Source: Candidatus Helarchaeota ASGARD archaeon Hel_GB_B
GTDB taxonomy: Archaea > Asgardarchaeota > Lokiarchaeia > Helarchaeales > HEL-GB-B
Assembly: GCA_005191425.1 (NCBI GenBank)
Contig: SUPR01000085.1
Location: 1 to 14,992, forward strand
Length of the DNA stretch: 14,992 bases
Direction of reading: 5' to 3'
The notes beneath the pieces were generated by a model, which was given only the letters and a program-made list of their open reading frames with translations, did not search any database and was not told where the DNA came from. Both the position numbers and the translations under genes were made by a program. Positions 1 to 8,452 of the stretch are shown here, piece after piece (position 1 is the first letter of the stretch; each line of letters opens with the position of its first letter).

Positions 1-1
1 G

Positions 2-943
2 GTCTGTAGTATTTAATGTCCCTTGCTCATGACCTAATAAACTATTTTCCATCCATAAAATTGCATCAATTATAATTTCCGGAACTCTTGGCTCTTCTTC
101 GTGTTGGACTCCTGGATTTCTATAATATATATTATATTGACGTGCAGTTCCAAGTGAGAAATTCCCATAAAGTTTCCCGACTTCTGCAGAAGCGTTATTA
201 GTGGCATTTCTAAGGACAAGAATATCATCCTGAGCTAGTTCATCAGCACAACCTACTTGAATCAATAGATTTTTTGGCATTGTAGAATTGACCCAAAACA
301 TTGGAGAGCGTAAATAAAGTTCATGTGGGTCAGAGATATTGAAATCTAGACCTAACAGGTTCTGAATATAACCGAGGTTAAAATTTTTAATATAATATGA
401 TAAAAGAATAGATACTGAAGGGGGAGGTGCTATTGCAACAGTAGCTCTTATTCTGGAATCGTTAAAAGCAGCTCTAATACCAGACATTGCACCTAATGAG
501 TGCCCTATAATTCCAATTTCGCTTTTATTAATTTGCGGAATTTTGTATAAATAATCAATTGCACCCATTATATCAAATGGCTCATCTTTTGAAAGTGTAC
601 ATGTCCCTTGAGATCCGGCATGCCCCCGAAGGTCAATTCCAAGTACAAAAAAGTGTCTGCGACTAAATTCAATATTTAATCTAGTATGTGCCATTAGATT
701 AGAATTTATTCCATGAATTGATACTATTGCAGGATAGGTCTTACTTACATTATAATCAATTGGGTAATAAAGTACACCTTTTATTAATAATCCATCACGA
801 CTATAAAAAGAAATACTTTTCTGAGTTATATTAGTCCCATAAAAAGCAATATATGGGTCATATCTCATAAAAAGAAAACTTATACCCATTAAAACAATAC
901 TCGATATTAATAAATATTTCCGAAATTTATTTAATTTACTCAA
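2..943 (-). CDS. Alpha/beta hydrolase with N-terminal signal/TM helix (partial; runs off the left edge of the window)
   Basis: Hand translation; absent from the ORF track because there is no stop in the window. Open frame from TTG at 943: MSKLNKFRKYLLISSIVLMGISFLFMRYDPY... It contains FYSRDGLLIKGVLYYP, IVSIHG (oxyanion region), GIDLRGHAGS, nucleophile elbow GHSLG (491-505), candidate acid GCADE and candidate His VQHEEE. Upstream in-frame stops rule out an earlier ATG. Confidence 0.9.
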   Translation of the reverse strand, partial: MSKLNKFRKYLLISSIVLMGISFLFMRYDPYIAFYGTNITQKSISFYSRDGLLIKGVLYYPIDYNVSKTYPAIVSIHGINSNLMAHTRLNIEFSRRHFFVLGIDLRGHAGSQGTCTLSKDEPFDIMGAIDYLYKIPQINKSEIGIIGHSLGAMSGIRAAFNDSRIRATVAIAPPPSVSILLSYYIKNFNLGYIQNLLGLDFNISDPHELYLRSPMFWVNSTMPKNLLIQVGCADELAQDDILVLRNATNNASAEVGKLYGNFSLGTARQYNIYYRNPGVQHEEEPRVPEIIIDAILWMENSLLGHEQGTLNTTD

Positions 944-1571
944 TTTTATTACCCATTTGGATTTCAGAAATCATTAAAAACAAATTAAAAATGATATTTT
1001 CCCAATAATATTTAAGATTAATCCTATCCTTAATATTTGGGGTATTATTTGTGATTTTAATATTTTTTAAAACATATTCCAATTGGCGAGTTTTATATTT
1101 TTTCCCAGAAAATGCGATAAATATTTAATTATTGGCGCATATTTTTAACTAAATAAAAATACGAGTAATTAATTCAAAAATAATGGATTATTTCTAAATT
1201 TTAATGTACCAATTTTAAGAATAATGGTTTTTTCAAAATAAAAAATAGTTTTAAATTATAATTTAAAGATTAAATAAATATAAAATAGGTTTAGGGTAAA
1301 TTAAAAAGAAAAACTAATAACAAAATAAGAATAAACCAAAATATTTAAAAAATTACCAAATTTCTTATAAAATCCAAAAGGTTATGGAGATTAGATAGAG
1401 TATTATCAATGATTATTCGTTTATAACATGAAAATTATATAATGTAAAAGGAAAATGGGCGAATAATTTATTACATCTAAAAATTTCTTTTAAATTTAAA
1501 TATTTTTTAAGTAGATTATAATAATATTTTTAGCAATAATTAATATTAGATAATTTCTAGCGTGTATTTAA

Positions 1572-2426
1572 ATGAACATTATGCTAATTGGGAAAAATAA
1601 ATTTGATTCAGGTAAGACATCTGTGGCAAGAATATTAACTCAGATATTCAAGAGTTTAGGATTGGAAATCATACCGTTTAAACCACATTCTGGTTTTAAT
1701 TATTGGTATAATTATAATTTTTTGGAATATTATTTTAAATTTGGTGATTTTTATTCAAAAGATATATTAACTTTATTAAAAGATGCAAAATTCTCGTATA
1801 AAATTAACCCATTAATTTTAAATCCAGTCCACCGAGTTTTAGGACCTACTAAAAAATTATTTAACGAGACATTTTTTGATGAAATATTCTTAATAAGATT
1901 TACTAACTTAAATAAACCAAATTTTATACCAAAATCTAAATATTACATAAATCAAAATCATATAGGAATACAAGAAATAATTGAAAAAATAAAAAAACTA
2001 TACATTCCTGAACAAATTAAATTCATTAATTCAATGAGTGAAGTTGAAGAATTATATGTCAATAATTTTTCTATATCTGTTGAGAGTTGTTTTTCTTATT
2101 TAAATAGTAATTTTGAGAATATAATTGTAGAATGCTTCAATGATGCAGCATATCCATTTTTGAACATTGAAAATTATATTGATTATGTAGGTCTTGTTAC
2201 TCCAGGTAAATTGTATATATTAAATAGTGAAAAATATTTTAAAAAATGTGATTTAATGGCAAATATTAACTCAAAATTGCTTTTAACATCAAGTAAAATT
2301 ATTGAACAATCATTAATTATTGCTGAATTTGATATATATCCAGTGAATGATTGGAACAAATTTCTAAAACATCAAATTTTAAATAAATACAGTACCTTAA
2401 AAAAATTCATATTAAAGAACACATAA
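1572..2426 (+). CDS. Predicted P-loop ATPase/GTPase, archaeal COG4028-like (dethiobiotin synthase/CobQ-related fold)
   Basis: N-terminal deviant Walker A GKNKFDSGKTS, then PFKPHSGFNYW, INPLILNPVHR and Walker B-like IIVECFND. This motif order matches the uncharacterised archaeal COG4028 family as I recall it. Confidence 0.75.
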   Translation: MNIMLIGKNKFDSGKTSVARILTQIFKSLGLEIIPFKPHSGFNYWYNYNFLEYYFKFGDFYSKDILTLLKDAKFSYKINPLILNPVHRVLGPTKKLFNETFFDEIFLIRFTNLNKPNFIPKSKYYINQNHIGIQEIIEKIKKLYIPEQIKFINSMSEVEELYVNNFSISVESCFSYLNSNFENIIVECFNDAAYPFLNIENYIDYVGLVTPGKLYILNSEKYFKKCDLMANINSKLLLTSSKIIEQSLIIAEFDIYPVNDWNKFLKHQILNKYSTLKKFILKNT

Positions 2427-2493
2427 TAAAAAGAGTATATTATCATTTTTAAATCATAATGAACAAAATAAACCAGAAAACTCTTAGTTAAAG

Positions 2494-2826
2494 TTATATT
2501 GCTATAATATTCGATAATAAATAATTAGGACTATCGAATATTTTATTATTTAATTGTGAATAATCTGTAAAATCATTATTTACAAAATAAACGTTTATTT
2601 CATCATTGAACTTTTTGAAAATTATTTTATAATTTAATGTCTTAATTTCAACAATGTTTTCCCCGATAAAATCTTGAATAAATTTATCAACTGCATAAAA
2701 GAAACCAGAAATAATCTGTGGATCGAAGTTTTTATTTGAATGGTCTAATTTTTTATAGAAGTTACATAGACCATTAGAAGATATTTTCAATAAACCGAAA
2801 ATCTTATTATTATTCATTTTAATCAC
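2494..2826 (-). CDS. Small stand-alone longin-like domain protein (Asgard eukaryotic-signature type)
   Basis: Pattern beta-beta (IFGLLKISSNGLCNFY), helix DPQIISGFFYAVDKFIQD (D-x-x-[LI]-x-SG-F-x-x-A-[IV]-x-x-F), then three beta strands (IVEIKT, YKIIFKK, EINVYFV). This is typical of longin/roadblock-type domains in Asgard archaea. The start may be at 2826 or 2817. Confidence 0.7.
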   Translation of the reverse strand: MIKMNNNKIFGLLKISSNGLCNFYKKLDHSNKNFDPQIISGFFYAVDKFIQDFIGENIVEIKTLNYKIIFKKFNDEINVYFVNNDFTDYSQLNNKIFDSPNYLLSNIIAI

Positions 2827-3163
2827 TTGATAATTGACTTAATTTTCATTAATAAAAAATATTTATAAACTACGCTGACCAATAAATCGCATAGAAGTTT
2901 TTCTATATATTATAAAATATAGCTAAAATAATGTCATAATTTATTCTTCTTATTAAATTTATTTTGTTAAATCATGCCATATTATTACTTATTTTGGAAT
3001 ATTCTTCTAAAATTTTAACCTAAATTTTCCAACCATACTTTATAAATAAAATTATGCGCAAAATGAAACGAAATAGCTATAAAATCACAAAATAAATTTA
3101 GAAAAAAATTTGTTTGTTTATTTTTCTCATTGATTATTTACATAGTTAGATTTCGTGTATTTT

Positions 3164-5731
3164 TTATTCTAATGCCAATAATTTCAAGGCAAGCCCAATC
3201 AATGGGCGAAATATTGAAGGTAAATAACTTTCTAAAGTTAATCTTAAGCCAAAATTATATGTATTGATGGATTTAATATTATTGCTAAGATATGGTTTAA
3301 TAATTCTACCATTATAACCAGGAGACATTCCAGCAATCTTTACTTTTTTCCAGTCACTGTCATTATAGTCATTTTTAATCCAATTATCTTTAACATTTGT
3401 AGTACCTATCCAGCTTGAATCTGAAATAACAATTTTATTTTTATTTTTAATATTGTCAATAAATTCTATGTAAATATTTATTGCTTCATTATTAGAAATA
3501 AAATTATAACTTTCTATTGCAATAACATTTTTACCTTTTCTAATTTTATCAGTTATATCAAATAATTTTATTTGTCCGTCCATAGCTACGTAAGAAAGTG
3601 AATTTCTGGATAATACATAGCCGAGATAATCACCATTTACATAAATTTTCATGTAATGATTAGCAATGCCTTGTAAATAACATTTTTGGAATTCATTCTC
3701 AATAATAATTGTTTTTCTATAATATCGTGGTTTCTGGAATTTTTTAGGCCCAGATACAGTAATCCATTTGGCGGGATGATTAGGGTCCTCCCAGTTAATA
3801 TTATTATTAATTTCTTCAATTTTTTTCTGGTAATAAAAATTCATAATTTCATATTTCTTTAGTAATCTATCTAATCCAGATCTTTTAGCACAGATAAGCC
3901 ATAATTTTTCATAATCATTTTTTAGATCGTTTAGCATTTTTGTTATTGATTTGATGTCTTTAATAATTCCTGTTTTAATAGCTTTATTTTCTAATATACT
4001 CGGATTTAAGAGGATTTTACTTATATTTTCGGTTTCTTTAAATTTAATTGCGAGGAATTTTACGAGTTTTGCACTGAATTCGAGATATTGTAAACAATCT
4101 TTATTTCTTTGTACCTTATTTTGGGCATTTTTTAGTGAATCTAAAATATTATTTGCGATATTTTCCATTTTGTTATATTTTTTAATATTAATTTTTGGTC
4201 TCTGTCTTAAGAAGGGATGTTCCCAGAATTTTATATAGAAATTAGGGGGCAATTTCGAAAAGAATTTATGAATCGAAGTTAATTTATCCAAAATATTAAT
4301 AATGGTAAGATCACCTTTTTTACATCCAAAAAATTGATGCGCTAAAGCACATTTAAAATATTCTTCATTTATATAGGACCATAATGCACATGCAGAAAAA
4401 ATATAACTATAATAATGATTTATTCTCAAGTCTTCATGACCATAGTCGCCCCATTGAGAAGTGATTCCGCCCAGAAACTCGTTTTTTTTCGCATAATTAT
4501 ATAATGCTAAGATATTTTTTGTTGACAATTTGAAATCAGGGAAAAAACGGCTCCAGTTAAATATTGTAGGACTTACTATTACTCTAAATCCGAAATTTTT
4601 CAAATATTTTGATTTGCGATAAAATAGTTTATTATTTGTAAAATATTTCCAGTAAAACATGATTACATCTTTAGGGATATTTTTTAAGAAGTCTTGTTGA
4701 TGAGCTACTATATCATGATAAAGAAAGATGTTTTCTTTACCATAATCTTTACACTTTTTATATACCCAATAATAATGATCAAAATAAGCCTTACCAATAC
4801 CTTTTTCTTTTATAATATCTTTTGATTTAAATTTTCCAAAATCCCATGATTCGTCTCCCCCAATATGAATATAATTAGAATCAAAAGTATCAGAAATATT
4901 TTTAATAATATTATCGAGAAACGACCTAACCTTTTCAGTATCAATAATATTAAGACATTGAGAACCTGGGAACTCAGCAAGATCAATATATTCTGGGAGA
5001 GAAAGTATGTTATCATAATGTCCTAAAACTTGGAAAAATGGTACTAATTCAATGAAATGACTTTTAGCATATTTTTGAATTTCATCAATTTCAGTCTTGG
5101 TTAAATATCCCATATTTTCTGCGAATTTAGGATGGTCTTTATTTGCAAGAAATTCAGTTTCATAGCCAATAAAATAAAAATTCATTTTATAATGACTTAA
5201 TAATCTAATTAATCTTTTTGCATTGTCTACTGTGGGGATTTGACCTCTTGTTATGTCATCTGAAATACCTCTTATTTGTAATAGAGGATAATCCGTAATA
5301 TAGATTTCTGGTAAAGATATACTATTATTTTCTATAGAATCCATAAGTTGGATTAGTGTCTGAATTCCATAAAAAGCGCCTTGATCAGTTTCCGAGCAAA
5401 TAATACATTTTGAATCAAAAACTTTTAAAATGTAGCCTTGTTCTTTTTGAAATTGCTTAAGATTATCTATTAATTCAAATGAATCTTGGTTATTTGTCTC
5501 AACTTTTTTAATTGAACTCATTCTTAATTCTTTTAGTTTGTTATTGATTTGTTCTTGCAGGAGCTCTTCCAAATTATCTGCAATATTATCAAATGAAATT
5601 GTCGTATTAGCATTGAAATCGTAAAAAAAGGTGCCTAATTTATATTCAATTGGTTTAGGAATTATTGTTAACATAAAGTCATTTTCAATTTTTTTATTTT
5701 TATTTAGATTCTCTAAAATTATTCGTTTCAT
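3164..5731 (-). CDS. GH20 beta-N-acetylhexosaminidase with N-terminal GH20b domain and C-terminal carbohydrate-binding-like beta-sandwich
   Basis: GH20 domain 2 signature (QGYILKV...GAFYGIQTLIQL...ITDYP), RGISDDITRG, catalytic HIGGDES, later WKY and SQWGDYG. C-terminal module YYRKT...KIYVNGDYLG...FDITDKIRKGKNVIAIE...WIKNDYNDSDWK resembles the rhamnosidase N-terminal/CBM67-like jelly-roll. No signal peptide is evident. Confidence 0.92.
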   Translation of the reverse strand: MKRIILENLNKNKKIENDFMLTIIPKPIEYKLGTFFYDFNANTTISFDNIADNLEELLQEQINNKLKELRMSSIKKVETNNQDSFELIDNLKQFQKEQGYILKVFDSKCIICSETDQGAFYGIQTLIQLMDSIENNSISLPEIYITDYPLLQIRGISDDITRGQIPTVDNAKRLIRLLSHYKMNFYFIGYETEFLANKDHPKFAENMGYLTKTEIDEIQKYAKSHFIELVPFFQVLGHYDNILSLPEYIDLAEFPGSQCLNIIDTEKVRSFLDNIIKNISDTFDSNYIHIGGDESWDFGKFKSKDIIKEKGIGKAYFDHYYWVYKKCKDYGKENIFLYHDIVAHQQDFLKNIPKDVIMFYWKYFTNNKLFYRKSKYLKNFGFRVIVSPTIFNWSRFFPDFKLSTKNILALYNYAKKNEFLGGITSQWGDYGHEDLRINHYYSYIFSACALWSYINEEYFKCALAHQFFGCKKGDLTIINILDKLTSIHKFFSKLPPNFYIKFWEHPFLRQRPKINIKKYNKMENIANNILDSLKNAQNKVQRNKDCLQYLEFSAKLVKFLAIKFKETENISKILLNPSILENKAIKTGIIKDIKSITKMLNDLKNDYEKLWLICAKRSGLDRLLKKYEIMNFYYQKKIEEINNNINWEDPNHPAKWITVSGPKKFQKPRYYRKTIIIENEFQKCYLQGIANHYMKIYVNGDYLGYVLSRNSLSYVAMDGQIKLFDITDKIRKGKNVIAIESYNFISNNEAINIYIEFIDNIKNKNKIVISDSSWIGTTNVKDNWIKNDYNDSDWKKVKIAGMSPGYNGRIIKPYLSNNIKSINTYNFGLRLTLESYLPSIFRPLIGLALKLLALE

Positions 5732-5741
5732 AATTTTTCCC

Positions 5742-6419
5742 TTATAGTAATAATAATAAGATAAATTGACTTATTAATGTTGTGAAAAAACCATTAATTC
5801 CACCAGAAATTAACTGCTTAACTGTGTGCCCTTTAATTTTCCATCTTGCCCATGCGATAATAGGAACAAACAAATATAATAATAAAATTAATGGGCCCAA
5901 ATAAAAACCCATTGCTGTTATTCCGCACATAGCGCCAGAAATATGCATAGAAGTTTTAAATTTGAAGATACAAGTAATAATAAAATCGATAATTAAGACT
6001 ATAACATAAGAGATTGTAAAATTTATAAGAGGAGATAATAACAAATTAAAATAAGTTCTTATAAATGAATAAATGAATATCACGGTCAAATATCCAGGAA
6101 TAATTGTTAAAAAAACAATATATCGCTCTTCTCGAGGAAATTGAGCTCCGACCAATCGAGATTTTCTTCCTAATACAATAAGCGGAATTAAAGGTATTAA
6201 TATATAAAAAATACCAGAAATAGTATTTACAAATATATTTAGGGCAGGAAATTTAGAAATTGGGACAATAATTGCAGTTAATGTCATATATGCAACTATT
6301 TGAAAGGGAGACATAGATAATATTGTTATATATTTTGCTATTTTTTCACTTTTATTGAATATAGGTTCTTTTTTTTTAAAAAAATTGAATATATCTTCAG
6401 ATTTAGTCATAGCCCTCAT
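5742..6419 (-). CDS. PAP2-superfamily integral membrane phosphatase-like protein (about 6 TM)
   Basis: Multiple hydrophobic segments; C2-like KTSMH and C3-like ARWKIKGHTVKQ (R-x5-H-x3-Q). Its start overlaps the upstream gene's stop as ATGA at 6416-6419. Confidence 0.75.
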   Translation of the reverse strand: MRAMTKSEDIFNFFKKKEPIFNKSEKIAKYITILSMSPFQIVAYMTLTAIIVPISKFPALNIFVNTISGIFYILIPLIPLIVLGRKSRLVGAQFPREERYIVFLTIIPGYLTVIFIYSFIRTYFNLLLSPLINFTISYVIVLIIDFIITCIFKFKTSMHISGAMCGITAMGFYLGPLILLLYLFVPIIAWARWKIKGHTVKQLISGGINGFFTTLISQFILLLLL

Positions 6420-7906
6420 TTGGTTTTTTTCTTAAAAAATGGAATTTTAAAATCCAAAAATTTGACCTTTGGCATTATCTTTAGCATTTGTACTAATGCT
6501 TTAGGATTTTTTATTGCGTTAAATATTAATTGAAAGATAACTGGATAGATATAATATAAATTAGGATTGATTTGAGATGCATATTGAATTTTTGAAGATG
6601 AGAAATCTTTAAGATATGGAAAGCCAGGTATCATAAATGGGATAACAATAGCCAATGCGGGAGATACTGGGCAGCCGTAAAATTTAATATCGGCATCTTC
6701 ACACATTTTACAAGCACAGGTTCCATATGCAACAAGAATTTCATAAGGTCTTTTGTGACGCGGTTTAGTTGTTTTCCCAGTAATAATTCGTATTTTATTT
6801 TTACATTTTCTCGGTACCGGTAAATCACCTATTTTACTATGAGTCATTAATGAGAATAAACACATACCTGAACAGCCATCTCTACATTCGATATCTTGCT
6901 CCACAGTGAGACCTGGAAAATATGATACAATTTCTGGAAAATTGAAATCTGGCTCGGGATATTTTAGCCAATTATGTATTTCAAGCATATACTTTTCTGC
7001 AGGCTCTCCATTTAAAGTTATTTTAGGTAATTTCTTGAAAAGTGTTTGATAAGCATGTAATGCTTTAGAATAAACTTTTCCGAACATAATTAATTCGCCA
7101 GCATAATCCAGAGGAATTATATCATCTCCAGATAAAACAAAAGGTTCCTCAATAGGTTTCGATTCAAAATAAGTACATGTAGTACCTTGTTTTTTGTATT
7201 TAAAGTTAATCACAGAAACTACTTGCTTACATATTTTCGATAACGCATCACAATAAAGTACCAGCCATTTTCCAAAAATATTTTCTGCTTTATCATCATC
7301 TGTTTTGAATGTACTATGATATTTTAATCTGAACCCAGTTGTACCTACAGCACTTACCTTCATTGATAATGTTGCTCCAGAAAATGAGTTAGTTTTTGCA
7401 TCATTAAAAGCTATAAATAATGTATGCTTGTCAAAAATCTTCGGGATATAGAGCATGGGGACATCTTCATTGTTAGTTTTATATGGCTGAAGTTTTAGTG
7501 CATTACCATCAAGTAGTTTCCAATTCATGTCTGCAATTATTTCATCAAGATTTAGCAGCTTTTTATTATGGGAAAGAGGTACTATTGAACCCGCTTTAAT
7601 AAATAGATATTGATTTGGTATTCCAAATGAATCTATCGCTTTTAAAAATGGCCGAAGTTCTAACGATAGAATTGAAGGGTGATATTTATTCATAATATTT
7701 AAGTCATTATGCTTTACAATTACTTTATGATATGGTTGATTTATAAATGGCTTTAATACGCGTCTATATTCTTTAATTAAGATTTTCTCAGCTTTAGAAT
7801 CTCTAAAAGCTGGATTAAATGTACCAATAAAATCAGATTTTTTATATATATTCCAGATTTTATGTGTTAAACTTTTATTTACTTTAGTAATAAAAACTCG
7901 ACCCAT
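6416..7906 (-). CDS. DUF362-family protein with C-terminal Cys-rich putative Fe-S domain
   Basis: VIVKHN, a LYIPKIF segment and KTNSFSGATLSMK (DUF362 K-T-H...TLSxKN-like). C-terminal Cys motifs CRDGCSGMC, YGTCACKMC and YGCP. Confidence 0.65.
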   Translation of the reverse strand: MGRVFITKVNKSLTHKIWNIYKKSDFIGTFNPAFRDSKAEKILIKEYRRVLKPFINQPYHKVIVKHNDLNIMNKYHPSILSLELRPFLKAIDSFGIPNQYLFIKAGSIVPLSHNKKLLNLDEIIADMNWKLLDGNALKLQPYKTNNEDVPMLYIPKIFDKHTLFIAFNDAKTNSFSGATLSMKVSAVGTTGFRLKYHSTFKTDDDKAENIFGKWLVLYCDALSKICKQVVSVINFKYKKQGTTCTYFESKPIEEPFVLSGDDIIPLDYAGELIMFGKVYSKALHAYQTLFKKLPKITLNGEPAEKYMLEIHNWLKYPEPDFNFPEIVSYFPGLTVEQDIECRDGCSGMCLFSLMTHSKIGDLPVPRKCKNKIRIITGKTTKPRHKRPYEILVAYGTCACKMCEDADIKFYGCPVSPALAIVIPFMIPGFPYLKDFSSSKIQYASQINPNLYYIYPVIFQLIFNAIKNPKALVQMLKIMPKVKFLDFKIPFFKKKTK

Positions 7907-8452
7907 TTTTCATCAATCTATTAATTTACATTTTAAATATGAATTATTGTTTTACCAAAATTATTTTAATATAAAATTGTTTCCTTAAAAGTTCTTATTT
8001 TATTTTCCGAATTCTTATTATTTTCGCCATTTTCTGTAATTAAAATTTAAGTTCCGTTATTAGTCTAAGCTAATTTATATTATTTCATTAATCTAATTTA
8101 AATGAATATTAATTAAAACTCAAAAAATTATAATTTATTTCCAAACTCTTTTAAATTTATTATTTGGAATTTGATTGTATTCATAGGATCATTTATTTTC
8201 TTAAAAAAAGGAATATTGCTAGAAGATTTAGTCAATTGAAGTATTATTGTAAGAAAAAAGTGCTCAATAGATTTTATTAAATTATTTTTTTAAATTTTTA
8301 AATTAAAATCCTATTATCAATAAAAAAATGGATCAATAATTGATGTTTTTAGCACTATAAAATTTAATCAGTTATAGATACTTCAAAATGAAAATAAATG
8401 TATATTTGATAAACTGCTATAAATTTTTAATTATATATGACAAAGTTAATTT

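Noticed and set aside
919-971. ATG candidates upstream of the hydrolase (e.g. ATG at 954-956)
   Set aside because: That ATG is in another frame and stops after 6 codons; the hydrolase frame has stops just upstream of TTG 943.
1001-1042. Imperfect inverted repeat (cccaataatatttaag ... cttaatatttggg) upstream of the hydrolase
   Set aside because: It needs gaps to pair and the arms are mostly A/T; could be an operator but is not distinguishable from chance.
944-1571. Promoter/TATA calls in the AT-rich spacers (also 7907-8452 and 14513-14870)
   Set aside because: Many TATA-like words occur at this AT content; none can be singled out without transcript data.
3951-4238. 95-aa plus-strand ORF
   Set aside because: Antisense shadow inside the GH20 gene; no motif.
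4810-5016. 68-aa minus-strand ORF
   Set aside because: Alternative frame inside the GH20 catalytic region; no motif.
6631-6828. 65-aa minus-strand ORF
   Set aside because: Out-of-frame overlap within the DUF362 gene.
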